DNA of 64,000 nucleotides from an uncultured Dehalococcoidia bacterium (GTDB lineage: Bacteria; Chloroflexota; Dehalococcoidia; Bin125): positions 1,006,658 to 1,070,657 of the forward strand of contig CATQGW010000001.1 in NCBI GenBank assembly GCA_958295515.1, written 5' to 3'. Positions within the stretch are counted from its first letter, which is position 1. Every line of letters starts with the position of its first letter. Of this stretch, positions 1-9,841 are shown in pieces. The translations under genes and the position numbers were made by a program. The notes beneath the pieces were generated by a model, which saw only the letters and a program-made list of their open reading frames with translations, made no database searches and was not told where the DNA came from.

Positions 1-2637
1 GGGGGGCGCGGGGATGGTTTGGGCGGGCTCGACGCGGCGCGTTTGGGCTGGGGCGGCGGCGCGCTTGGGCGCGGCGCGTTTGGGCGCGACGGCGTGGGGG
101 GGCGGCTCGCCGGCGGCGAGGGCGGTCATGATCCGCAGGCCTTCGAAGGCGTCCTGGCCGTACCAGACTCGGCCCTCGAATTGCCCGCGCAGGTCGGATT
201 CGACGTAGCTGCGGGTGAGGGCGGCGCCGCCGAGCAGGATTGGCCAGCGCTCGGCGAGGCCGCGGCGGTTGAGCTCTTCGAGGTCGTCGCGCATGACGAG
301 GGTGGATTTGACGAGCAGGCCGGAGAGTCCGATGGCGTCGGCGTTGTGCTGCTCGGCGGCTTCGATGATGGGACCGATCGGCTGTTTGATGCCGAGGTTG
401 ACGGTGGTGAAGCCGTTGTTGCTGAGGATGATGTCGACGAGGTTTTTGCCGATGTCGTGGACATCGCCGCGGACGGTGGCGAGCACGATGGTGCCTTTGC
501 CGGCGGCGTCGCTGCGCTCCATGTGCGGTTCGAGTCGGGCGACGGAGGCTTTCATGGTCTCGGCGGACTGGAGGACGAAGGGGAGCTGCATTTTGCCGGC
601 GCCGAAGAGGTCGCCGACTTCCTGCATTGCGGGCAGCAGCAGGCCGTTGATGATCTCGAGCGCGGGGCGGTCGCGCAGGGCTTCGTCGAGGTCGTCGTGC
701 AGGCCCTCGCGGAGGCCGTCGACGATGCGACGGTGGAGGCGCTGCTCGATGCTGAGTTCGGCGATGTCGCTCTCTTCGCGGCGGACGCGGACGCCTTCGA
801 AGAGGGCCATGAACTCGGTCAGCGGGTCTGCGCCGTCGATCCATTGGTTGTGGATCAGGCGGAGGGCGGCTTCGCGCCGGCGCTCGTCGATCTGGTGGGC
901 GGGCAGGATTTGGGCGGCGTGGACGATGGCGGCGGAGAGGCCGCGGTCGACGGCTTCCTGGAGGAAGACGCTGTTGAGCACCTGGCGGGCGGCGGGGTTG
1001 AGTCCGAAGGAGACGTTGCTGACGCCGAGGATGGTCTGGGCGCGTGGGAAGCGGCGGGAGATTTCGGCGACGGCGTCGAGGGTTTCGATGCCGTCGCGGC
1101 GGAGGTCTTGCTGCCCGCTGCCGAGCGGGAGGGTGAGGGCGTCGAAGAAGAGGTCGTCGGGGGGTAGGCCGTAGTCGTCGGTGGCGATGCGGTAGAGACG
1201 CTCGGCGATTTCGAGCTTGCGCTCGCAGGTTCGGGCCTGTCCCTGCTCGTCGATGGAGAGTGCGACGACGGCGGCGCCGAAGCGGACGGCGGCGGAGAGG
1301 GTTTGGTGGAGCCGCGCGCCGCCGTCTTCGAGGTTGATGGAGTTGACGATCGCCTTGCCGCCGAGCAGCTTGAGGCCGGCTTCGAGCACGGGCGGTTCGG
1401 TGGAGTCGAGCATCAGCGGGAGAGTGGAGAGTCCGCGCGCTTTGCCGACGAGTTTGTCCATGTCGGGGACGCCGTCGCGGCCGACGAAGTCGACGCAGAT
1501 GTCGGCGACGTGCGCGCCCTCGGCGGCCTGGTCGCGGACGACGTTGGCCATCTCTTCCCAGCGTTCCTCATCGAGCAGGCGCTTGAAGCGTCGGGAGCCG
1601 TTGGCGTTGGCGCGCTCGCCGACGATCAGGAAGGAGGCGTCCTGTGCGTAGGGGACGGCGCTGAAGAGGGAGGCGGCGGCGGGCGCGAGTTGGGGGTTGC
1701 GGGCGGCGCGCTCGATGCCGCGGACGCGCTCGGAGACGGCGCGGACGTGTTCGGCGGTGGTGCCGCAGCAGCCGCCGACGATGCTGACGCCGTATTCGGC
1801 GATGAAGGTTGCGTGGGCTTCGGCGAGGGCGTCGGGGGTGAGGTCGTAGATGGTTTGTCCGTCCTCGACGCGGGGCAGGCCGGCGTTGGGCGAGCAGAGC
1901 AGGGGGAAGGGGGCGCTTTCGGCGAGGAAGCGGAGGGGCTCGTGCATGAGGTCGGGGCCGGTGGCGCAGTTGAGGCCGACGCCGGCGAGTCCGAGCGGTG
2001 CGAGGGCGGTGAGGGCGGCGGCGATCTCGCTGCCGACGAGCATCTGGCCGGTGGTTTCGATGGTGACGGTGGCGAAGATGGGGGTGTCGAGGTTGCGCTC
2101 GTCGAGCGCGTCGCGGCAGGCGAGGATGGCGGCTTTGCCCTGGAGGAGGTCGTAGACGGTTTCGACGAGCAGGGCGTCGATGTCGCCGTCGAGCAGTCCG
2201 CGGGCCTGTTCGAGGTAGGCGGCGTGGAGTTGGTCGAAGTTGATTTGGCCGAGGCTGGGGAGCTTGGTGCCGGGGCCGATGGAGCCGATGGCGAAGCGTG
2301 GGGCGTCGGTGGTCGTGAATTGGTCGGCGGCGGCGCGTGCGTGGCGGGCGGCGGCGGCGTTGATTTCGCGGGTGCGTTCGGCGAGGTCGTATTCGGCGAG
2401 GGTGACGGCGGAGGCGCCGAAGGTGTTGGTGAGGACGGCGTCGGCGCCGGCCTGGAGGTAGGAGGCATGGAGGGCCTGGACGGCCTGGGGGCAGCTGAGG
2501 TTGAGTATTTCGTTGCAGCCTTCGAGGCCGTCGAAGTCGGAGAGGGGGAGGTCCATGGTCTGGATGCCGGTGCCGGTGGCGCCGTCGAGGACGATGGCGC
2601 GTTGAGCGGCGGCGTCGAGCAGGGTGGGGCGGGGCAT
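1..2637 (-). CDS. metH: B12-dependent methionine synthase (3' part runs off the window start)
   Basis: Manual minus-strand translation from ATG 2637: MPRPTLL..IVLDGATGT..GCNEILN..TNTFG..GLNCATGP (homocysteine-binding domain), then pterin-binding IGERANANG and cobalamin-binding GDVHDIGKN. No stop seen before position 1, so absent from the ORF track. Confidence 0.93.
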   Translation of the reverse strand, partial: MPRPTLLDAAAQRAIVLDGATGTGIQTMDLPLSDFDGLEGCNEILNLSCPQAVQALHASYLQAGADAVLTNTFGASAVTLAEYDLAERTREINAAAARHARAAADQFTTTDAPRFAIGSIGPGTKLPSLGQINFDQLHAAYLEQARGLLDGDIDALLVETVYDLLQGKAAILACRDALDERNLDTPIFATVTIETTGQMLVGSEIAAALTALAPLGLAGVGLNCATGPDLMHEPLRFLAESAPFPLLCSPNAGLPRVEDGQTIYDLTPDALAEAHATFIAEYGVSIVGGCCGTTAEHVRAVSERVRGIERAARNPQLAPAAASLFSAVPYAQDASFLIVGERANANGSRRFKRLLDEERWEEMANVVRDQAAEGAHVADICVDFVGRDGVPDMDKLVGKARGLSTLPLMLDSTEPPVLEAGLKLLGGKAIVNSINLEDGGARLHQTLSAAVRFGAAVVALSIDEQGQARTCERKLEIAERLYRIATDDYGLPPDDLFFDALTLPLGSGQQDLRRDGIETLDAVAEISRRFPRAQTILGVSNVSFGLNPAARQVLNSVFLQEAVDRGLSAAIVHAAQILPAHQIDERRREAALRLIHNQWIDGADPLTEFMALFEGVRVRREESDIAELSIEQRLHRRIVDGLREGLHDDLDEALRDRPALEIINGLLLPAMQEVGDLFGAGKMQLPFVLQSAETMKASVARLEPHMERSDAAGKGTIVLATVRGDVHDIGKNLVDIILSNNGFTTVNLGIKQPIGPIIEAAEQHNADAIGLSGLLVKSTLVMRDDLEELNRRGLAERWPILLGGAALTRSYVESDLRGQFEGRVWYGQDAFEGLRIMTALAAGEPPPHAVAPKRAAPKRAAAPAQTRRVEPAQTIPAPP

Positions 2638-2704
2638 GGGTTGATCTTAGAGAGGGGGAGGGGTTGGTGGGTGGGGCGGGGGGCGCGGGGCTTGGGGGGC
2701 GGCA

Positions 2705-2741
2705 CGGCGAGATACCCGCGGCGGGGCGCGGGTATGACGGA
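2705..2741. repeat. REP-like palindrome (GAGATACCCGCG..CGCGGGTATGACGG type)
   Basis: Same palindrome as in the arrays at 3.7 kb, 25.2 kb and 44.9 kb. Confidence 0.85.
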
Positions 2742-2776
2742 TTCAGGGGCGCGGGTGTGGCGGATCCGGGGCTGGG

Positions 2777-3502
2777 TCAGGTGAAGAGGTGGTCGAAGGG
2801 GAGGAGTTTTGCGGCGGCGATGGCTTCCGGGGGCATTGGGGGTGGGGGGCCGGCGAGGAAGTCGGCGTTTTCTTCGAGGAATTTGACTGCCTCGGCGTAC
2901 AGTTCGGGGGAGATTTGGGAATTTTCGGTTTCGGGCGTGTTTTTCGGGTTGGGGGCGGGGTTTCTATCTGGTCGGGGCGGGTTGGGGGTGTTCGGTGTTG
3001 TTCGATCCTGTTCGGCTGTGTTCGATTGTGTTCGATCCTGTTCGATTGTGTTCGACTGTGTTCGATCCTGTTCGATGGTGTTCGATTGTGTTCGATCCGG
3101 TTCGGGGGCGGTGAGTTGGTCGTCGGGGTAGTTGAGGGTCGGCTCGGGGCGGTCGGAGAGGCTGTGTTTGTGGATTTGGTTGGCGGTCTGGCGCAGTTCG
3201 CGGCAGAGCGGGAGCAGGTCGTTGAGTTGTGAGGCGTAGCGGTAGCTTCCGTCGGGCTGGGGTTGGAGGGTGGCGGCGAGGGCGAACTGGAGGGCGGCGA
3301 GGGAGGAGAGCAGGGCGTCGTTGGCGGCCTGGCGGGTGATGTCGTGCCAGTGTTGTTCGAGCAGGCGGAGGTCTGCTTGGATGGCGGCGGGGTCGGCGTC
3401 GAGGTTGGCGGCGATGTTTTGGGTGGTGGCGCCGGCCTGGCGGAGGTAGTGGGCGCTGAGGATGCGCTGGCGTTGTTGTGGGGAGATGGTGGCGGCACTC
3501 AT
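2777..3502 (-). CDS. Hypothetical protein with HTH-like N-terminus and internal tandem repeats; paralog of 62217..62894
   Basis: 241-aa ORF. The N-terminal ~125 aa are highly similar to ORF 62217..62894, and the upstream DNA is also conserved. Confidence 0.7.
   Translation of the reverse strand: MSAATISPQQRQRILSAHYLRQAGATTQNIAANLDADPAAIQADLRLLEQHWHDITRQAANDALLSSLAALQFALAATLQPQPDGSYRYASQLNDLLPLCRELRQTANQIHKHSLSDRPEPTLNYPDDQLTAPEPDRTQSNTIEQDRTQSNTIEQDRTQSNTAEQDRTTPNTPNPPRPDRNPAPNPKNTPETENSQISPELYAEAVKFLEENADFLAGPPPPMPPEAIAAAKLLPFDHLFT
2990..3105. repeat. 10-bp tandem repeat (TTCGATnnTG, ~12 units, ~30-bp super-period) inside the CDS
   Basis: ttcgatcctg ttcggctgtg ttcgattgtg ttcgatcctg ttcgattgtg ttcgactgtg ... 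Confidence 0.9.
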
Positions 3503-3539
3503 GTTCTGTATTGGACGCTGGTGGGGTGGGTTTTGTCAA
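3495..3539 (-). promoter_or_regulatory. Putative sigma70 promoter (TTGACA-N18-TCCAAT-N7-ATG) with a LexA-like box AGAAC-ATGA-GTGC over the start codon
   Basis: Perfect -35 hexamer. The same arrangement is conserved at 62180..62224. Confidence 0.4.
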
Positions 3540-3596
3540 ATTGGGTGGGGTGTTGGGGGTTGCATTGGGGGGTGGGGGGGTGGGGCGGGTCGTTTT

Positions 3597-4560
3597 CGTC
3601 ATTCCCGCGAACGCGGGAATCTCGTGGCGTGGCTTCGGAGGTTGGGCGGGGGAGATTCCCGCTTTCGCGGGAATGACGGAAAGGGGGCTTGGGAGGCGGC
3701 ACGGCGAGATACCCGCGGCAAGCGCGGGTATGACGGATCTGTGGGCGCGGGGGTGGCGGATCTATAGGCGCGGGTGTGACGGAAAGGGGGGCAGGGCTTG
3801 GGAGGTTGCGCGGGGGGATTCCCGCGTTCGCGGGAATGACGGAAAGGAGGGGGCGGGAATGGTCGCCAAAGGGATGTGGGGATGGCGGAAGTGAGGGGGC
3901 CGGTGTGCGACGGAGGTGGGGGTGGGGCTTGGAGGGTGGGACGGCGAGATACCCGCGGCGGGGCGCGGGTATGACGGATCTATGGGTGCGGGGATGACGG
4001 AAGAGGGGGTGCGGGGTGACGGAAGTGAGAGCGGGGCTTGGGAGGTTGTGCGGGGGAGATTCCCGCTTTCGCGGGAATGACGGAATTTTGGGAGCGCTGG
4101 AGACGGTGCGGGGGCTTGGTGCTGCTCACGGCGAGATACCCGCGGCAAGCGCGGGTATGACGGATCTGTGGGTGCGGGTGTGACGGATCTACGGGGGCGG
4201 GGATGGCGGAGGTGAGGGGGCAGGTGTGCGGCGGAGGTGGGGGTGGGGCTTGGAGGGTTGGGCGGGGGGGATTCCCGCTTTCGCGGGAATGACGGAATTT
4301 TGGGAGCGCTGGAGACGGCGCGGGGGCTTGGTGCTGCTCACGGCGAGATACCCGCGGCAAGCGCGGGTATGACGGATCTATGGGCGCGGGTGTGACGGAT
4401 CTACGGGGGCGGGGATGACGGAAGTGAGGGGGCGGGTGTGTGGCGGAGGTGGGGGTGGGGCTTGGAGGGTTGGACGGCGAGATACCCGCGGCGGGGCGCG
4501 GGTATGACGGATCTATGGGGGCGGGTATGACGGAAGAGGGGCGCGGGAGTGACGGAAGAG
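3597..4560. repeat. Composite REP array (CGTCATTCCCGC-N-GCGGGAAT dRS3-like units and CGTCATACCCGCG-N-CGCGGGTATCTC units)
   Basis: ATTCCC-N8-GGGAAT palindromes, plus GCGAGATACCCGCGG at ~3704, 3944, 4131, 4323 and 4477, and many TGACGGA half-sites. Confidence 0.9.
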
Positions 4561-4569
4561 AGGGGTGGG

Positions 4570-5214
4570 TTAGCGGTTGCGGCGGAGGAAGTTTAGGGGG
4601 TTGTTGGTGCGTTGGGTTTCTCGTTGGGTTTGGGCGGCGGCTAGGTCGGATTCGGCTTTTTCGGTTTGGCGGCGGAGGCGGTTGAGTTCTTTGCGGCGTT
4701 CGTCGAAGGCGGCTTCGTGCTCGGCGAGGGCGGCTTGAGCTTGGGACTCGGCGGCTTGGGCGGCGGCGGCGGTTTGCTCGGCGGTTTGGAGTTTGGTTTG
4801 GGTTTCGGTGAGTTGGGCGGCGGCGGCGTCGCGCGCGGCTTCGGCTGCGGCGAGCGCTTGATGTGCGGCTTGGAGCGCTGTCTCGGTGGATTGGCGCGCT
4901 GTTTCGAGCGTGGATTCGGTTTCGGCGGCTTGCTCGGCTTTGGCGAGGGCGGCGTCGCGCTCGGATTTGGCCTGGTTGAGCTGTTCGGTGAGGGCGGCGA
5001 TTTGGGCGCGGAGGGGTTCGGTGTCGTCGCCGATTTCGGCGAGGCGGGCGGCGAGTTTTTCGGCTCGGTTTTGGGCTTCGAGGGCGCGGGCGGAGGCGGC
5101 TTTTTCGCGTTCTTCGTAGACGCGGGCGCGTTCGACCGCGGTTTTGCGGCTTTGTTCGGCGCGCTCGGCGGCGGCGCGCGCCTGGCGCAGTTGGGCGGGC
5201 AGGCTGAGACTCAT
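4570..5214 (-). CDS. Ala/Glu/Gln-rich coiled-coil hypothetical protein
   Basis: ATG 5214 (MSLSLPAQLRQ...) in the frame of ORF 4570..6144. Heptad-like composition; lies directly downstream of the dehydrogenase. Confidence 0.75.
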   Translation of the reverse strand: MSLSLPAQLRQARAAAERAEQSRKTAVERARVYEEREKAASARALEAQNRAEKLAARLAEIGDDTEPLRAQIAALTEQLNQAKSERDAALAKAEQAAETESTLETARQSTETALQAAHQALAAAEAARDAAAAQLTETQTKLQTAEQTAAAAQAAESQAQAALAEHEAAFDERRKELNRLRRQTEKAESDLAAAQTQRETQRTNNPLNFLRRNR

Positions 5215-5252
5215 GGGTGGCCTCTGCTGGGGGCGGCCTCTGCTGGGGGCGG

Positions 5253-6467
5253 TCAGGCGCCGGCGCGCACCTGGTCGATGGCCTCTTGCCAGCGCGATTC
5301 GAGCTGGGGGTCGCGGACGGTGTCGACGACGTAGTCGCCGAAGTCGGCGGTGGTGGCGCCGGTGTCGCGTCCGGTCATGACCAGCTTTTTTTCGTATTGG
5401 CCGCAGAGGTCCATGGCTTTGTCGAGGCGTTGGCCGAGCTCGTTGTAGCCGATGTGGCTGAGCAGCATTGCGCCGGCGCGGAGCATGGAGGAGGGGTCGG
5501 CGTAGATGTCGCGTCCCTCGCGGACCATGCGGGGGGCGGAGCCGTGGATGGCCTCGAACATGGCGGTTTTGGTGCCGAGGTTGGCTGCGCCGGCGGTGCC
5601 GACGCCGCCCTGGAATTCGGCGGCTTCGTCGGTGAGGATGTCGCCGTAGAGGTTGGGCAGGACGAAGACTTCGAAGTTGGCGCGGCGCTTGGGGTCGACG
5701 AGCTTGGCGGTCATGATGTCGATGTACCAGCCCTCCCACTCGATGTCTGGGTAGTCCTCGCCGACTTTGCGGGCGGCGTCGAGGAAGGAGCCGTCGGTGG
5801 TTTTGACGACGTTGGCTTTGGTGACGACGGTGACGCTCTTTTTGCCGTTCTGTTTGGCGAATTCGAAGGCGGCGCGGATGATGCGCTCGTTGCCGGGGTT
5901 GGAGAGGATTTTGAAGTCGACGTTGAGGTCGCCGATGCTGAAGCCTTCGCTGCCGACGGCGTAGAGGTCTTCGGTGTTCTCGCGGAAGAAGGTCCAGTCG
6001 ATGCCTTCGGCGGGGACGCGGACGGGTCGGACGTTGGCGAAGAGGTCGAGCACCTTGCGCATGGCGACGTTGGCGCTCTCGATGTTGGGCCAGCCGTCGC
6101 CCTGTTCGGGGGTGGTGGTGGGGCCTTTGAGGGTGACGTCGCACTCGTGGATTTCCTGGAGCACGGCTTCGGGGATGGCGGCGAGTTCTTCGGCGCGGCG
6201 CTCGATGGTGAGTCCGTCGATGGTGCGGAAGCGGACGCGGCCGGCGGCGACGGGTTCGGCGAGCAGTTCTTCGAGGACGCGCTGGGACTCGCGGGCGATG
6301 GCGGGTCCGATGCCGTCGCCGCCGAGCACGCCGATGGTGATGGTGTCGAGGGCGGGGTAGTCGGTGGGGGGACCCTGGGCTTTGATGCCGTCGACGCGCT
6401 GTTGCTGCGCGGTGAGCAGTTCGCCGAAGCGGTTCTTGGCCTGTTCGATGTTGTCCACAGGGGGCAT
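5253..6467 (-). CDS. Isocitrate/isopropylmalate dehydrogenase family protein
   Basis: GDGIGP, LKGP, FANVRP, RENTEDLY, KANV, NLYGDILTD and FEAIHGSAP motifs; AAGGAG RBS. Confidence 0.93.
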   Translation of the reverse strand: MPPVDNIEQAKNRFGELLTAQQQRVDGIKAQGPPTDYPALDTITIGVLGGDGIGPAIARESQRVLEELLAEPVAAGRVRFRTIDGLTIERRAEELAAIPEAVLQEIHECDVTLKGPTTTPEQGDGWPNIESANVAMRKVLDLFANVRPVRVPAEGIDWTFFRENTEDLYAVGSEGFSIGDLNVDFKILSNPGNERIIRAAFEFAKQNGKKSVTVVTKANVVKTTDGSFLDAARKVGEDYPDIEWEGWYIDIMTAKLVDPKRRANFEVFVLPNLYGDILTDEAAEFQGGVGTAGAANLGTKTAMFEAIHGSAPRMVREGRDIYADPSSMLRAGAMLLSHIGYNELGQRLDKAMDLCGQYEKKLVMTGRDTGATTADFGDYVVDTVRDPQLESRWQEAIDQVRAGA

Positions 6468-6746
6468 GGTTGTTCTCCTTAGGGCGCGGGCGGCGGGCGC
6501 AGTGTCGCCGGGGGCGCGGGCGCTTGCATCATACCCGCCTGCGCGCTGTGTTCAGCCTTCGTGGTGCGAATGTGTGTGCTGAGTGAGGGGTTGGCTACCG
6601 TCGCGGGCGAAGATGCCGGCCTCGCGACGGCGCGAGTCGGGGCCTTGGAAGTCCCCCTGCGCCGTTGCCGCAGCGATGCGGCGTGGGCTCAATTCTTCTG
6701 CGGGGCGGGGGTGGGGAGGACGTTTGAGACGGGTTCGTTGCTGCGG

Positions 6747-7700
6747 CTATTCGTCGGAGCCGATGGTTGCGGAGAGCCAGAGGATGCGATTGTTGCGCCA
6801 GCCGATGATTGGGGCGGCGTTGTGGATGACGATCTTTAGCGTCGCATCGAGCGTGTTGACGGCGAGTATGCCGTCGGTGGTGCGGAGTAGGAAGGCGGAG
6901 CTGTCGGCGTTCCAGAGTGGGGGTGATGCACTGCCGACCGGTAGGATGCGAACGCTGCCATCCGCGCCCCTGAGCATTGTCTGTACGCTCCCGACCGTCG
7001 CTACCCATTGACGATTCGGGGATAGGGGGCGGCCTTGTGCGAGGTCCAGAGGAAGCTCTGCGTCGCTCACCATGCGTTCGAGCGACGGGTTGCCGCCGTT
7101 GATGTCGATGGAATAGATCGCGTAGGTGTATTGCCGCTGTTGTTCGATTGCCGCCGCCCAGCGGCCGGAGGGTGATGCCAGCAGGGTGTGCGCCAGACCG
7201 CGATCGGGGAGCAGCAGCGCGTCGCGTCGATGTACCTCGTTGTTTACCATGCGCAGTTCTCCTGCGGTGGTTGGATAGCCTGCGGTCAGCGTCGGTTCGA
7301 CGAGCGGTCCGGGCAGGGTGATGCGACGCGGGGCGTTGGCTGCGTGATGCAGGAGTATGGTTGGGTCGGACGTATGCTCCAGCCAACCGGGGGTCATTGG
7401 TACGATTTCATAAAGAGCGCCGGTAGCGGGATTGCCGGCGACCAGCGTGTATCCGCGAGATGTGTAGGTTAAGAAGACAAGCCGCTCGGGCTCACGGAGC
7501 CAACCAACGACGCCGTAATGACGCGCTGTCCATTCGCCGGTCATAAGGCCATTCTGGTTGTATACGCGGACGAACTCGGGCACGTTCGCGGCGCCGCTTG
7601 TTGCGACGGGTTCGCGGTGGTGTTGCGCGTCGCCGTGGTGTGTGAGAGGCGAAAGCGCGAGAACGATGGCGAGTGTTAGCCAGGCGAGCGCTAATAACAT
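6747..7700 (-). CDS. Secreted hypothetical protein, possible beta-propeller (SPxGxW repeats)
   Basis: Hydrophobic N-terminus; SPSGRW, SPNRQW and WNADSS motifs; lower GC than the flanks. Confidence 0.6.
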   Translation of the reverse strand: MLLALAWLTLAIVLALSPLTHHGDAQHHREPVATSGAANVPEFVRVYNQNGLMTGEWTARHYGVVGWLREPERLVFLTYTSRGYTLVAGNPATGALYEIVPMTPGWLEHTSDPTILLHHAANAPRRITLPGPLVEPTLTAGYPTTAGELRMVNNEVHRRDALLLPDRGLAHTLLASPSGRWAAAIEQQRQYTYAIYSIDINGGNPSLERMVSDAELPLDLAQGRPLSPNRQWVATVGSVQTMLRGADGSVRILPVGSASPPLWNADSSAFLLRTTDGILAVNTLDATLKIVIHNAAPIIGWRNNRILWLSATIGSDE

Positions 7701-7746
7701 CTCGGCTTCTCACGTTGCGGGGGCATGCGGGAGCGGCTGCTTTGGG

Positions 7747-9750
7747 TTAGAGGCCGAGTTCGCGGAGGAAGGCTTCGGGGGTGGGTGGGCGGCCGAGGAA
7801 GGTTTTGGTTAGGGTTTCGCCGTCCTCTGTGCCGCCGGGTTCGAGGATTTGTTTGCGGTATTCGCGGCCTACGGACTCGGGGGATGATGCGGAGCCTTCG
7901 AAGCGGGTGAACATGTCGTCGCCGTAGACGCGGGACCAGAGGTAGCCGTAGTAGCCGGCGTCGTAGCCGAAGAGGTGGCCGAAGCCGGCCTGGAAGTGGG
8001 TGTCTTGGGGGAAGTCGAAGCCGGTGATGTGGTGGAGTTGGCGGGCGATGGCGTCGGTGTCTTTTTGTGCGCCGGGGGCGTGGTAGGCGAGGTCGAGGCG
8101 GGCGAAGTAGAGCTGGCGCAGGTTGGCGACGCCGCTGCTGAGGTGTTTGGCGGCGAGCATGCGGTCGAGCAGGTCGGCGGGGAGGGGGTCGCCGGTTTGC
8201 CAGTGGCGGCTGAAGCCGGCGAGCACGGCGGGGTCCCAGCACCAGTGCTCGAGCATTTGGGAGGGGGCTTCGACGAAGTCGCGCTCGACGCGGGTGCCGG
8301 AGAAGCGGGTGAAGCGGGCGCGGGTGAGGGTCTGGTGGAGGATGTGGCCGAATTCGTGGAAGAGGGTGATCACCTCGCCGTGGCGGAGCAGGGCGGGCGA
8401 GTCGGCGGTGGGTTTGGTGAAGTTGGCGACGATCGCGGAGATGGGCTGCTGGTAGCCGCCGTCGGGGGTTTGGCGTCCGCCGCGCAGGGTGAAGGCGGCG
8501 GCGTGGCCGAATTTGCCGGGGCGGGGGTGGAGGTCCATGTAGAAGCGGGCGAGCGGCTGGCTGTTCGATGAGCTGCTCGATGAGCCGTTGCTCGCGTCGA
8601 CGATGTCGTAGGGGCGGGCGTCGGGGTGCCAGGCCTGGTCTGCGGCGTCGGGGCGGGGGATGAATTGGACGCCGACGAGCCGCTGGTAGAGGTCGAACAT
8701 GCCGTCGAGCACGGCGTCGAGGGGGAAGTAGGCGGCGACTTCGAAGGGGTCGACGCGGTGTTCTTCGAGCAGGATGCGGTTGGTGTAGTAGCGCCAGTCC
8801 CAGATTTGGAGCGGGTTGTGGTCGCCGGTGCGGCGCTCGCGTTCGCGTTGGAGCAGGGCGAGGTCGTCGGCGAGTTTGGGGGCGAGGCGGGTTTCGAGGT
8901 CGGTGAGGAAGTCGAGCACATTGTCGGGCGATTTGGCCATGCGCAGTTCGAGCACATAGGCGGCCCAGGAGGGGTAGCCGAGTCGGCGGGCGATTTCGTC
9001 GCGCACGGCGATCGCTTCTTCGAGCAGTTCGAGGTTGGCGTCGGCGGCCTTGTTGTGGTTTTTGAGGAAGAGTTCGCGGCGCAGTTCGGGGTCGTGCGCG
9101 GAGTCGAGGAAGGGGTGCAGCTCGGGGTAGTCGAGGGAGACGCGATAGGTGGTTGCGCCGTTTTCTTCGTCGGTGCGCAGGCGGTCGATGTAGGAGTCGG
9201 GCAGGCCGTCGAGTTGGGCGCGGGAGAGGTGGATGGCGTCTTCGTAGTCGTCGATGTTGCGGCGGAACTGGATGCCGAGGCGGACGAGGCGTTCGTGCAG
9301 GTTGCGCACGACGTCGCGCTGTTCGGCGGGGAGCTCGAAGCCGTTGCGTCGGTAGTCGCGCAGGGCGAATTCGAGCAGGCGCGCGGCGTCGTGGGGCAGG
9401 GCTTCGGTTTCGGCGCGTGCGGCGTAGGCCTTGAGTGCGCGGTCGAGTTCTTCGCGGAAGCCGAGTCCGGCGGCGAAGATGTCGAGGCGTTGCTCTTCTT
9501 CGTGGGCGGTGTTGCGCAGTTCGGGGTCGGCGGAGACCTGGGCGAGGAAGCCGAAGCGTCCGTTGGTTTGGCCGATCAGGTCGCCGATTTCGTCGAGGGC
9601 GAGCACGGTGTTGTCGAAGCTGCGTTGGGCGTCGGGGACGGAGGCGATGGCGTCGATGCGGCGCTCGGCGTCGTCGATGGCGTGGGAGACGCCGCGGCGG
9701 ATGTCGTCGGGTGCGGTGTCGGCCCAGTTGGGGGTGTTGGTTTGGGGCAT
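7747..9750 (-). CDS. M3 family metallopeptidase (thimet oligopeptidase/oligopeptidase A-like)
   Basis: LFHEFGH, DFVEAPSQMLE, FGHLF.GY.AGYYGYLWS, MDLHPRPGK. Confidence 0.95.
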   Translation of the reverse strand: MPQTNTPNWADTAPDDIRRGVSHAIDDAERRIDAIASVPDAQRSFDNTVLALDEIGDLIGQTNGRFGFLAQVSADPELRNTAHEEEQRLDIFAAGLGFREELDRALKAYAARAETEALPHDAARLLEFALRDYRRNGFELPAEQRDVVRNLHERLVRLGIQFRRNIDDYEDAIHLSRAQLDGLPDSYIDRLRTDEENGATTYRVSLDYPELHPFLDSAHDPELRRELFLKNHNKAADANLELLEEAIAVRDEIARRLGYPSWAAYVLELRMAKSPDNVLDFLTDLETRLAPKLADDLALLQRERERRTGDHNPLQIWDWRYYTNRILLEEHRVDPFEVAAYFPLDAVLDGMFDLYQRLVGVQFIPRPDAADQAWHPDARPYDIVDASNGSSSSSSNSQPLARFYMDLHPRPGKFGHAAAFTLRGGRQTPDGGYQQPISAIVANFTKPTADSPALLRHGEVITLFHEFGHILHQTLTRARFTRFSGTRVERDFVEAPSQMLEHWCWDPAVLAGFSRHWQTGDPLPADLLDRMLAAKHLSSGVANLRQLYFARLDLAYHAPGAQKDTDAIARQLHHITGFDFPQDTHFQAGFGHLFGYDAGYYGYLWSRVYGDDMFTRFEGSASSPESVGREYRKQILEPGGTEDGETLTKTFLGRPPTPEAFLRELGL

Positions 9751-9841
9751 GGGTTGCTCCTCAGGGAGAGGGTAGGGCGCGGATGGGGGTGGGTGCGACG
9801 GAAGGGAGGGTGCGGGTATGGTTGGGGCGGCAGGAGTTTGT

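Noticed and set aside
19-2784. Long plus-strand ORFs 19..1167 and 1303..2784, and many similar Arg/Pro/Gly-rich ORFs throughout the track
   Set aside because: These are antisense or alternate-frame shadows of real genes (here metH), expected in high-GC DNA.
4570-6144. 524-aa ORF as a single protein
   Set aside because: The 5' part is an alternate frame of the dehydrogenase gene; only 4570..5214 looks coding.
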